The translations under genes and the position numbers were made by a program. DNA of 64,000 nucleotides from Oikopleura dioica (lineage: Eukaryota > Animalia > Chordata). The notes beneath the pieces were generated by a model. That model was not told where the DNA came from and ran no database searches. It was given only the letters and a program-made list of their open reading frames with translations. This document shows positions 34,131 through 45,339 of this stretch, one piece after another. Each line of letters opens with the position of its first letter. The first letter of the stretch is position 1. Location of the stretch: positions 2,976,001 to 3,040,000 of the forward strand of contig OU015569.1 in the NCBI GenBank assembly GCA_907165135.1. Reading direction: 5' to 3'.

Positions 34131-35092
34131 ATGAGTATCATGCCTTCAATACCAAATATCCTGGACGGAAATTTCTTCCTCAAAGCAAAGCCTCAGCGAA
34201 TTACAGACTTGATGGGAGACACGCAAAATGTCCGAATCAGAGAAAATATCACCACCATCTTGAACCACAAGACATTCTTCCGGTGCGTTTTTTAATCAAA
34301 GAATTTTCATGAAATTATTTTCGTATATCAACTGGGATTTCAGAGAGTCGATTCCGAAATCGGTCGATTACAACAAAGACTTTGCCTTTGTTCTGTTGCA
34401 TGACAAGCATACTGAAGCACAAGGAGGAACCGGCTGTTGTTCTGGCCTGTGGCTTTGGTTGGGCACCTTTCATAGACTCTCTCGTGAGGGATACAGAGTC
34501 GTGGGCATTGATCTTCCCGGACATGGATTCAGGAACCGTGTTTTCATGCTATCTGTGTTTCCGCTATTCCGTGAGCGATAGAAGTACGCAATTCTGAACA
34601 CGCATAAAGTGAGGGAAACCAACTTGACATCCGCGAGTCTGCTCCGTTCATGAACGAATTCGTAAAGCTTTTCCAGCTGTCCAAGATAATTCTTGTTTCG
34701 CCATCTACCTCTGTCAAGATCTCGCTTCCATTTGCCTCTTCCTCACCGTCTTCTCTCGCCGGGCTAGTCATTCCGTCTCCAGTCACAACACTCAAGTATA
34801 CCAACGAAGCCAACATGCAAAATTTGCAGGTAAGATCAAAAGTCTTCGTTTTGACCGAAAGTGGCAATGCATGATGCTAAACGTGTTCTAGACTCCAACT
34901 TTCATCACATACGGCGCCGACGACAAGAACGCACAGAACGACTACGAAAAGGCGCTAAGCAAGATTCCCAATCACACCAGGAGCGTACCCAACACGAGGA
35001 CAGTCGACGACGGCGTCTCCTTGGTTTACTTAGATGACCCGACCCACTTCCACGACGAAATCATCAATTTTGCCAAAAAGATCGAACTTTAA
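34131..35092 (+). CDS. ABHD14: ABHD14-like alpha/beta-hydrolase fold protein (catalytic His apparently missing)
   Basis: FFRESIP..FVLLHD..LGTFHRLSREGYRVVGIDLPGHG..IILVSPSTS..LAGLVIPSPV..TPTFITYGADD..LSKIPNH..VYLDDPTHFHDEIINF* is colinear with ABHD14B (sequence recalled from memory). Confidence 0.85.
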
Positions 35093-35375
35093 ACTAAATC
35101 AGCATTACTCTTCAGCCTTTTACCAAATAAACTTTCTGTAAACAGCATCAAGAAGCCCATTATTATTGAAATAGTTGTTTAGAAGTCTATTTTTAAGGTC
35201 AAAAACTAAGAACTTGATTGACTTTGTTTTTCACCCATTGTTTTTTGCTCGATAAACCCAGGTTTTTCTGCACCTGCTCATCGAAAAATAAAAATCATTT
35301 CATCACTCTGACGTTCAAAAGCAAATTTTCGTCCAGAGAGAACGTTGAAAATTTCAACTTGAAATAATTTCTACC

Positions 35376-35865
35376 ATGTCCGATACGGAACAAAATTCGT
35401 TCACAGGACGTCATCGTCGAACAATTATAAGAATGAAGAACAATAACCCCTATCCAAGGATCCAAGACCAGCAGAAGAAAGCCGATGAAGCTCTACGTGG
35501 GATCAAGACTGCGATGGCGAGGAAAGTTTACTCTGTGGACGAACGAGAGTCCCGAAAAAATGATGGTACCTAAAGAATCAAAATTAAAATAGCACTTTAT
35601 AATTCAGAACGAAATAAATTTCGACATCGATACAAACAGCTAACGGATGAACATCTCGACAACGCAAAGCGTCTTGAAGAAATCACATTGCTTCACGAAG
35701 AAGGCAAGGGTTGAATTAATTTTTATTCCATCTTATGAAAAAAGATACAGCGACCCAAAAATAGCCAAGGAAGACTATGAAGCTAGCCTTCGGGCGAAGG
35801 CAGCTTACGAAGAAAGTAACCCTGAGTTTATGGACGAACTCACACAGGAAAACTTGGAACAATAG
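35376..35865 (+). CDS. Small charged/helical protein of unknown function (three exons)
   Basis: MSDTEQNSFTGRHRRTIIRMKNNNPYPRIQDQQKKADEALRGIK.. spliced to ..YSDPKIAKEDYEASLRAKAAYEESNPEFMDELTQENLEQ*. Confidence 0.5.
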
Positions 35866-35991
35866 CTTCCGTATCGACAATTTGATATCGTTTTATAATA
35901 TTATAATTTATATATTATATATTTATTTATCTTGTTTATTCAATTTAGCTTTATTCAATTTCACTGAACAAAATCTCATAAACATATTCGC

Positions 35992-37873
35992 TTATTCTAA
36001 ATTTGAGTCGTGCTCGAAATTTCCTTTCGCCGATAAGATCTTTTCTTCTTTTCCTGCAGTGACTGCACTGTTTTGTGCCTTCAGCATCTCTTGTCTCGTC
36101 TCATCCAGTGCTCTATGACAGCTAGTAGATCGCTTGAATGTCAGTGGCAGTTGTAAAAATGTCGGCTAAAGCACTGCTATCCTCAAATAACTCAGGTATT
36201 GCTTACCAGTATTGCAACGCATGCTCCAGCAACAATTGTGTAGTTGAACCAGTCGAGTTCTCCGGAAGTCCGTTTTCTCTCGATAATAGGCTCTTCGGCA
36301 AAGTTAATTAATCCTCCGACGATTTCTATTACAGCAAAAGCTATTCCCATCGTTGAATAGGGAAAGCATATTTCAACACTTGTTAATGCTTTCAAACAAA
36401 GATTATTAGAAAGACTCGACTTGGTTTGAGAGCATTTCCCTGAATAGTTCGTAAAAGTACCCGATTCGCATGACAAAAGATAGGGAAATAAAAACCAGCC
36501 AAAGACTTCCCACAGATGATTGAAAAACCCCAACGGCCATGAGTACCAACGAAAGCATAAAGAGAATATACGGCCAGACAAGTTGGATCAGTCTTTCATC
36601 GTATTTTTCCTTGTTGTATTTGTCGCGCAAGTACTGCATGGCGAATCCGAGAACAGGCGAAGCAGCCGTGTTGATTACAGTCTTGGTGATGTTGAAATAG
36701 CTCAGGTAATCTTCGTATGTGCTGCCAGAATCTTCAATCACTTCTTTTCGATCGTAGATGAAGTCATTGATGAGGGAAAGACTCATGTGCGAGATGAAGT
36801 TCCCAACGGAGAAAAGCAAGACGGAAGAGATGTAAACGGGCGAGGCCAGACAAGCAAGCGTTGTTTTGAAGTTTTGCACAGGAGAAGTGTCTGTTTTCTC
36901 GATCCAACTGTCGCCCGATCGGAAAACAGAAAGAAATGTCCGGCCAGCTCTTGTTTCGGTTGTGACTGTGTACCAAGGAAGAAACAGTGCTCCAGTAACG
37001 ATGGAAAACAGTATCAAGCATGCCCAGATGAGGGAAAGATCTCGCGAAGTCAGATCTGTGTTGTCGCAAACGAGCTCCCACACTTGTCCCATGAATTGGC
37101 TTAAATTTGCACCAAGAGTATTTACAGTTATGAGAAACAAGGACCACTCGAAAAGGCGAGAATTCGGTAAAATGCCGATCATCAGGGTAACTGCAGACCC
37201 GTACTTGACAATATCTCTAATTTATTCGTCAAAATCTTTTCAGAAAACGTGAAAATGCGAAAAAAAGAAGAGACATTTCCTGAAAAACCCAGCCATACAA
37301 CAAGTTATCACTTTCTCCCGGAACTGCTTGCCACATGAGAAGGTACCCAAGCGCGAGGGTCAATTTAGTAGCGATCAACGAAAGACCCGGGCCCAGATAA
37401 TCTCGAATCACTCCAAGGCCGAAGATGATGATTCCTGCAAATGACGCAGAATAGACCATGATTTGGGAAATCTTAGCATTTTGTGACGCACAAACGTCTT
37501 CATCTGCAACACACGCGTCTCTTTGGAAAAAAGTTGATTAAAAAATTCTTATTCCAGACATTTTTTCCTTTTTTGAGCGATATAACTGACTCACTTTATA
37601 TAGAGTAAAATCAGTAGAGAAGGTGATTCTCTAACTAATTTGAATGAAACTGCAGAATAAGCGGAAAAAGCAAAAGTACCTGTAGTAGTTTTCTTTCTTA
37701 TACAAGGCAGTAAGCGCACTCCAACCAAAAATCAACATCGTATGAAGCAGAACATCAACAAAGCCAAAACAGTAGGCAATGCATTTTTGAGTGAAACTCA
37801 TGCATTTATCATCGTCCTCTGCTTCTCTCTTCACTTTTTCTTCGCAAGCAACCTTCATGCTCTCGGCTTCCAA
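35992..37873 (-). CDS. SLC43-like MFS transporter (LAT3/LAT4/ENBT family)
   Basis: Multiple TM segments. LLHTMLIFGWSALTALYKKENYY and IFGLGVIRDYLGP resemble SLC43 TM1 (GWxSL..ILK.EG.Y) and the motif-A loop (G..MDR.GP). Long hydrophobic exons 36192-37182. Confidence 0.72.
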
Positions 37874-38289
37874 CTAAAGTTGTTTTAAAAAGTTTCGCCA
37901 AGTGCACTTTCCAAAATTTTTATAAGCCGCAAATTCGACTTTATGGCAAGTTACCTTTTCATCAAAAAGAGAGATATCTTCCGCTTTGTTTTCAGAACGA
38001 GAATTTTTACGAAATCTCATCTCGATCTTTCGATTCTCTTTGGACTTTAATCTGTCCTACTCTCTATTTCCGTTTTTGAACCTTGAATTATTTTTTTGCA
38101 AAAATGTTTTTCTATATTTTGGGGACTAAATTTCCTCCAATAAGAAGAGGTTAAACTTGGATCAATTCCAAGGATACCCAAGCATTAAGAAATTGAAGGT
38201 TTATTCAAAGTACAGTTAACAAAAAAAGCAATGGATTATTATTCACCAGAGATTTCGGCCTAAAATATTGTCTCAAGGAGTGTACTGTT

Positions 38290-39096
38290 GTTGATTCAAT
38301 TACCAGCTTGTTTTCAGCGATGGATTCGTCGAGAGTGCCGTGGATCTTTTCCAGCGTTGCTTTGAGAATTTGGTTTCCTTCGGCGGCGGCCTGAACAGGA
38401 AACTGTAGCGAGTGAGAAGTTACAGTCGACTTACAGTGCAGGCTTTGGTAAGACGCTTGTTGGAGGCCTTGACGTCAGAGAACTCCTTTTTCAGCTGAAC
38501 GTAGCTCGCTTGTCTGAATGATTTTTTGCAAAAAAACGATAAAATTGGGGAGAAAAGTACTTGGACTCGTTGTTGGCTTTGAGACTGGCGAGTTCACTCT
38601 CGAGCTTGGCGATTTCAGCGAGGTTTTCTTTCTTGTCCTTTTCGAGTTGAGCTTCGCGGTCCTTGATTTCCTGCAGCAGTTTCTCCATTTCTTCAATTTC
38701 AACGTCTTTGGAAGCGATAGTCACGTCCCTGGAGAAAGTTAGAAGACCACTTTGTCTACCAGACAAAAATACCGTAAGTAAGCGATTTCATCCCACTTGT
38801 CGACAATTTTTGTGGACGCTCCGAGCACTCGAATGACGAGTTGCTAATTTTTTATATGTTTTTTTATGAATACAATCAAAATATCAAGTTTAGGGTTCAT
38901 TGAAAATCAAGAAGTTTAAACAAACTTGTCTCGCAGTCTTCTCTCTGGAAGCTTCGCGCTCCTCGTCGCAAATAATCTGAAGATCCTTCTTCAAAATCTG
39001 CATTTCCTTGTTCTTGTAATCCCAGTCGGCCGGCTTTGGCATCGACTTCGCTGGCGGCAGCTCCCGGTTATGAATGTCCATCGCGATCGAAGTCAT
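38290..39096 (-). CDS. Coiled-coil protein of unknown function
   Basis: Spliced heptad-rich exons EIEEMEKLLQEIKDREAQLEKDKKENLAEIAKLESELASLKANNE, with GT-AG junctions visible. Confidence 0.55.
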
Positions 39097-39349
39097 CTTC
39101 TACTTTTTTTTCTCTTGATCCCTTTTACAATTCAGAGATCTTGGAGTCGATTAGTCAACCCTTGCAAGTGATAAGAGCGCCCTGCTGCGTCATATGACGA
39201 GAGAAAGAAAAAGAGGAAATTTGTTCTTTTTTATATTTTATTCAATTGCGAAAATTCTATCTAAAAATAATATTTCCAGTCAGCGCGGATTTTAAGGCAC
39301 ATGTTTTTCTAAAGAGTAAATTGCGAAAAAAAGCTTGAAATGAATCTCT

Positions 39350-39970
39350 ACAGATCGTAGTGAGGAATTCGAAGGTCCGACATCGAGTTTTTCACCTCGG
39401 AAGCACAAGCGATGATTCCAGCCATGTCCGGCTTTCCGTCCAGCGCCAAAGCAAGATTTTTAACGAGACAGCGGCTAGTAATTAATGTTAATTGATACCG
39501 AAAACGCTCGTTTCACGACAACCGTTTTTCTGCAAAAATCAACTAGCCTTGGAGATTTTTCCAGTTTGAGCTTACCATTGAGGCGCCAATTTTTTGACAA
39601 TAGAAAGGTCGACGGTGCGTTCTTTTTCAATGCGTCCAAGTTGGGCTCCGATTGCTGCGCAAATTTGACCTGGGTTTTGGGCGATTTCATCCAAGGGCAT
39701 TGCTTTGAGTAGCTTGTCGACAGGCTCGACAACGGAGAACACGTCGTTGCAAGCGCTCTTCAAGGCCTTGGCAGTTTTCTTTTCCATCAATCCAGTGACG
39801 GAAAGCATTTGAATCGCATCACAGTCTTTAAAAATGCGTTAGCATTCGTCATTATTCAAAAAAGGGTGCCTGTTGTGGTGCTTTATAAATTAATCATCTT
39901 ACCGGCATAATCCTTGATCTTGCTCCAATATGACGCCCCACAATCGCATTCGCAGGTTTCCGGGCATTTC
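39350..39970 (-). CDS. Unknown helical protein (spliced)
   Basis: Exons MPGNLRMRLWGVILEQDQGLC / DAIQMLSVTGLMEKKTAKALKSACNDVFSVVEPVDKLL..KKLAPQW / SLKILALALDGKPDMAGIIACASEV. No family confirmed. Confidence 0.4.
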
Positions 39971-40273
39971 TCTAGTGCAAACGAGATTGAAAAAAGCGCG
40001 GAAAAATAGGCAGCCAATTTCATTTTGTAAAAAAATTATTTGATGCGGCTTTGGAAATTGTAAAAATGAAGATTTACTGAGGGGTAACGATCGTATTATT
40101 CCCCTAGGCCACGTAAACTAAAAGCGACATTGTTCACCGCGCCTTTGTCGATTTTGACGATGAAAAGCGAAAGATTTCGTTGCTTTTCTAGGATGCCGAG
40201 CTTCCTGGGGAAAATTACCTGCTACACTTGCTCATGTTTATGACAAATTATTAGAATAGAAAGTCATTTTGAT

Positions 40274-42163
40274 TTATTGACAGTGCGGCGCTGATTCGAA
40301 TTCTTCCAAGCAAAGGGAGAACATCATTACAGTAAAAATGTAGCTCTGTTCATAAGTTCCAACGAGTAGATGGCTCATCGGGCCGCTTAAAAGACAGTTT
40401 TCTTGAATCACCTTAAATATAATTCTTGCCTGGCGTAAACTGGCACGTCGTCTGCTCCGTGATCAACGTCTCTTTTCGAAACGCTTCCAGGAAATAAGTA
40501 GTCTTTGTCGTGGGTAACTTCTTGCGGTTGATTGTACTTTAATTCCTCCTTTGCCTTGCTTTGGGCGTATTGGATCTTTGTGAAAGAACCTGGATACCGA
40601 GGGTCGTATTTTTCCGAGTACTTCATCGAAATTGTCGCGTCGCCGAACACTGATGAGTTTCTAGCTCCATAACCTGTAATTGTGAAAGAGTGGGAATGGT
40701 CGGCGGTCACGATTACCAGAGTCTCGTCTTTTTGTAGGGTTAGACTTTGCTCAATGAAAATAAAATTAAAGAAGGTACTAAAAGCCTTTCCTAAGTTTAC
40801 ATGTTTCAAAACAGTTTCGATTGTGTCATCGAATTCAACAAATTCTTCAAGCGCTTTGTGAGCCTGATTGGCATGGTGTCCCTATAATTGACCTTGTTAT
40901 ACTGAAAAGAAAACGAGTCGACGAGATCTTACATGATCAATCCTTCCGCCCTCAACAATCATAACATATCCGTCTTCATGACTCTCAAAGTTTTTTAACG
41001 CAGCAATTGTCATTTCAACCAAAGATGGATCGCTTTCAGGGTCTCGGTCTGTTTTGTAAGGCAAGTGGCCATCTGCGAAAATTCCGAGGTAGCTTTCCGT
41101 TTTGTTCAGCGTCATCAGTTCTTCTTTCGTTGAAATCACCTTGTGGGGCGAAGAAAGTCTGGCTTAGGCTTATCATCAATAACTTTATAGAGTAACAATA
41201 TTTTTTATTTCAAATAACTAAGCCTGTCTAGCTCGGGGCCGATGTTTTTCATTCCTCCACCAAAAATTATGTCAAAGAATCGGGCGTTAGAGACGAGCTG
41301 ACGAGCGATAGAAGGACAGAAATCATCATCACCAGATTTCTCGTGCCACCGGTCAGAGTAATGAGCGTAAACAGCGGACGGCGTCGCATGTGTTAACCGC
41401 GTTGATGTTACTTACAATTTATTGGCAATTTATTGAGCTGAGAATTAATGAACCTAAGGCTGTCTTCTTCCCCTGCTTCTTGGCTTTGACTAAAATAGAC
41501 TCTGCTACAGATTCATCACTTTTTCCTTCGTTGATTTCATTCTGCCAACTTTTTTCTTCTTCTGGAAATGATTCACAGTTCTGTCTGAAATCCACTTTTG
41601 CAGTAACACCAGCGGTGGACCAGGTTGTTTTGAAACCTTGATAGCTGAGCTTTATAATATCGAGAACATATGAAAAAGTGACCTGAAAAGAGTGCATTTG
41701 CAGTCGAAGCAGAATCTGGAGTCTGAACGTCAACTGAGTAGGTCTTAGCCATTCCGGTCCAGTCCAGACTTTCCATTGCTGTCACGAAGCTCTCTCCATT
41801 TTCTCCTCTTTTTTGACCCTTCAGAATTCTTCCAGCAGTAACAGTCTTGATCGGGGATGAAATTATTTAATTATACCAGCGTTTACCTTCCATTTAGCAG
41901 TCTTGAAAATGCCCTGCAAATAGTTTTACAGTACTGAATAATTTATCCCTCTTCTGAACACCCATCCCATCTCCCATGAAAACGATCAAATTCTTCGCCT
42001 TCTTATTATTTGGCATTCTTCCTAGGTTTTTCAATAACTGTTTTTTGCCTAGCTCTTTCCAATATAAAACAGTCTCTTCTTCTGCCTTCCATCTTCCGCC
42101 TCGTTTTCCTTCATTACAAAAAACCGTGGAAAAAAGCAGAAAAAATTTTGCTACTTTCATCAT
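40274..42163 (-). CDS. ALP: Alkaline phosphatase (eukaryotic type)
   Basis: Signal peptide, then AKNLIVFMGDGMG, AKTYSVDVQTPDSASTANA (catalytic Ser), TTRLTHATPSAVYAH, DIIFGGG, VEGGRIDH/GHH, DETLVIVTADHSH and HGADDVPVYARGPMSHL. No obvious GPI-signal tail. Confidence 0.95.
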
Positions 42164-43618
42164 TTCAATGAAAAAAAAATTGAAATGAACGATAGTTCTA
42201 ATTTGACTATTACAAAATGTTACTTTATATTGGAGACAGGCAAATATAAACAAGAGACTCTTCTCGATCTTCTCGCCCATCAGCGCAAATAAATTGTTTT
42301 GGTTTATTCTTTTGGCTCCTTCTATATTACAAGCAATCAAAAGAGGACAATCAAGGAAGCCAATTTTCCCCAAAAAGAAATAACGTTTCCAGTAAGGCTT
42401 TTGATGTTTATTGTCAATTGAACTAACGGAAGTATGACATTGCAAAGAAAAGGAGAAGGAAAATATAGGAACCGCCGAGGACGAGCCTTATCAACTTTGA
42501 ATACGAAATGGTGAAAATATACCAGCAGGAGGCGATGATGAAGAGCCAAAACAAAAAGTGAAATAATGGAAGCGGAGTGGCGACATATTCTGAATTAATA
42601 GAACTTGCAACAATTCTAATATGGCTACCTTCAAAAGTGATTCTTTCTTCTGAATAAGAGGTGATTCCAGTTGACGCGCTAGAACTGCCTTCCTTTTTTC
42701 GTTTTCTTTCAAAGCTCTCTCGTTTGCTCTTCTCTACATTTCTGGTTATTCTTTGAGGCTTTTCCTTTTCGACTTCATGTTATTTCAAAAGTTCTCTGAA
42801 AGATGAAAACTGTTCTGTCCGGTATGGTCCTCTGCTAGCCATAATTTGGCCTACAATGGGACTGTATTCTCACCTAAACAATGATAGTTGTCGCGAATGC
42901 ATCGATCTTCCCTTCCCCTGGGACGACAAGTACGGGACCCTAAATATGCTCCAAATAAACACAATTAATACTTTAATGTATGCACCGGGGTTCAATAGAT
43001 GCAATCACCACTCATTTTATCACACAACTCCGCACATACAAGCAACTGGAAAGAAAGCGAGCTCAAAACTTCAAACGCGAATTTCATATAAAGAATAAAT
43101 GTTAATAAAAGATTAAAATTGTATCCTTCATGATTGCACTTCAACCAGACAACTCAACCACAATTCGAATAGGTCAAGATTCAGCGTGATATTCGTGATA
43201 CTTTCCTAGCGTTTTTATACATTTCAATCATATTCAGGAGAATTCTTTCCGGGCTATAAATACCTCCTTAGTAAAGATCTCGTACGCCAGTTTGAAATTG
43301 CTGGGAGTTTTCTTTTAGGGTAGATATCCTGCACATTCTCTCATAGAGCGCTCAGAATGTGCTGATTGCAACCCTTCAAGAACTGCTCAAAATCGACGAG
43401 ATGATGTGCTTTTAGCATTGAGATTTTAGAGCCAGGAGATGAAAAACGAAAAGGGAGTCTTTTCGAAGGTAGAATATAAGCATCTTCTCTAACAGAATCA
43501 AAATAGAATCAAGAGAATTCGCTTATGGCACCTTCGAAGAACTACCCAAAATCGACGAGAAGATGTGCTTTTAGCATAGAAATTTTTCAGCTTGGAAGAG
43601 AACGAAAAAGGAGTCATT

Positions 43619-43928
43619 TTATTTTTTGATACCAGAATGGTAGATAGTCGGAAGGGACAACTCTACTGGTTCCGTAGCTTCGTTTTGAAGCATGTCTGTT
43701 AGGTACTTGATAGAACTTGCGGCGTAGCGAAGTGTCTTGATCTTGGACAGCTTTGTTTCGGCAGGGATGTTTGGAATGTGGCTCCGCAGACGATTGTAAG
43801 CTGAAATGATCAATTTTAAATATGATTAGGGGGCACAAGTTCTTACCGGAGTTGATTGAGGCCGTCCTTTTTTCTCTGCTGCGTTTGCTAGTCTTGGTGT
43901 GGCGAATTGCTGGCACAAGCTCGTTCAT
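43619..43928 (-). CDS. Hand: Hand-like bHLH transcription factor (5' end uncertain)
   Basis: [51 protein letters not shown], with a 45-nt intron at 43803-43847, matches the Hand bHLH ([42 protein letters not shown], from memory). Confidence 0.72.
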
Positions 43929-44300
43929 GGGTACTTGGTACTGCTCATAACTCTAGTAAAGCGCTTGGTTCTCGCAGTTATGAACGAATTGGATTTAATT
44001 TTGACAGCTCGTCTGAATTGTATTTTTTTACAAAAGGCAAAAGTTGCAAATTGGAAAGCATTTGATAAGGTGCATCATGAGATATTCTCGATTTCCTTAT
44101 TCAAACGACTCTTCCGACGCCAAACATCTCGCTATCGAGGAGCCATGCTATCCACGTAGCCTTGTGGGGGTGAATCGGAGCATTTTTCAGTCTGTTTTTA
44201 GTTGAGATAAGTCAAGAGAGATGCTGTCACATGCAATTTATTAATCAACTTGCTGAGTTCTGTTGATATTTACATGTTTAAAGTAATAATTTTAGCGAGA

Positions 44301-45100
44301 ATGGGTAGTAAAGCTGAGAAAGATGCTTATAGTCTTCTCGGGATAAACTCAGATGCAGGAGAAGAAGAAATCAAAAAAGCTTTTCGAAGGAATAGTTTGA
44401 AATTCCATCCAGACAAAAACCCAAACGATCCAAAGGCAAACGAAAGGTTCCAGAGGTTGAAGCATGCCTACGACTTTCTTCTGAAAACATTGAAGCGAAG
44501 AGAACAGCGCAAAAGAGAAGATCAGGTAAAGAAGATTTGAAGGGGTCAATTATGAAAAATTCCAAGCAAAATCGCATTGCTGGTCAGTTGGGAGCGATTG
44601 GTGGAGCAGGTCACTTCTACTGGTCCGACAGAAGCCTCACCAGGGGCAAAGGATTCAGAGACGCTTTTGGAGAGCCTCAAATTAGAAAATTATTAAACTT
44701 CCTGGCTGTTGGAGCGAAGCATATTAATCTAAAGGTAATTTTAAACTCCCTTGTACAGGTTTTATGTTTCAAGTTTTTGTGGGCTGATTGTTGGAACATC
44801 GAAGAAGCGGGATGGATAATGGCGTTCGGGAATGGAAAGGATGAATACGGAGAAACTTGGGTCGACTTGAGCTTTCAGGATAAACGTTTATTCAAAATGT
44901 TCAATCAGAAATTCATTATTTTATTCAGACTGCACTCCGTTCACAGTTGTAGCCCAGGAAATCGCCGAATACAGCGGAGAAGAAAGCAATCGACAAGAAC
45001 TGGGAAGCTCGGCAGTAGGAAACCGTCAAGTCATCAAGTATAAACGAAGAGCTGGTTTCGCTTTTGTACGATTCAACATTTCTTTCTTGTAAATAAACCC
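44301..45100 (+). CDS. J-domain (DnaJ class C) protein with an uncharacterised C-terminal region
   Basis: DAYSLLGINSDAGEEEIKKAFRRNSLKFHPDKNPNDPKANERFQRLKHAYDFL has an intact HPD motif. Further spliced exons run to about 45100. Confidence 0.85.
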
Positions 45101-45339
45101 TTGAGCGATCGGCTTCCATGAACAATTCAAACTGGGCTTATTCTATTCTTCTTTTTTTATGTTAGAGCATTCGGCCACAAATTGTCTTTTTCATCATTCA
45201 GAAATCATCAATAATCATCTGTAAATCAACTGTACGAACTAATAAATACATTTACAAACTGATGCGTGAAAAGTATCTAAATATTCAATGATTATTTCAC
45301 CCAAAAGAGCAATCAAAAGATTTCTCCAACTAGCGAGAA

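Noticed and set aside
39900-39970. TBC/Rab-GAP-like motif PGNLRMRLWGVIL
   Set aside because: No IxxDxxR or YxQ catalytic fingers were found downstream, so the resemblance is too short.
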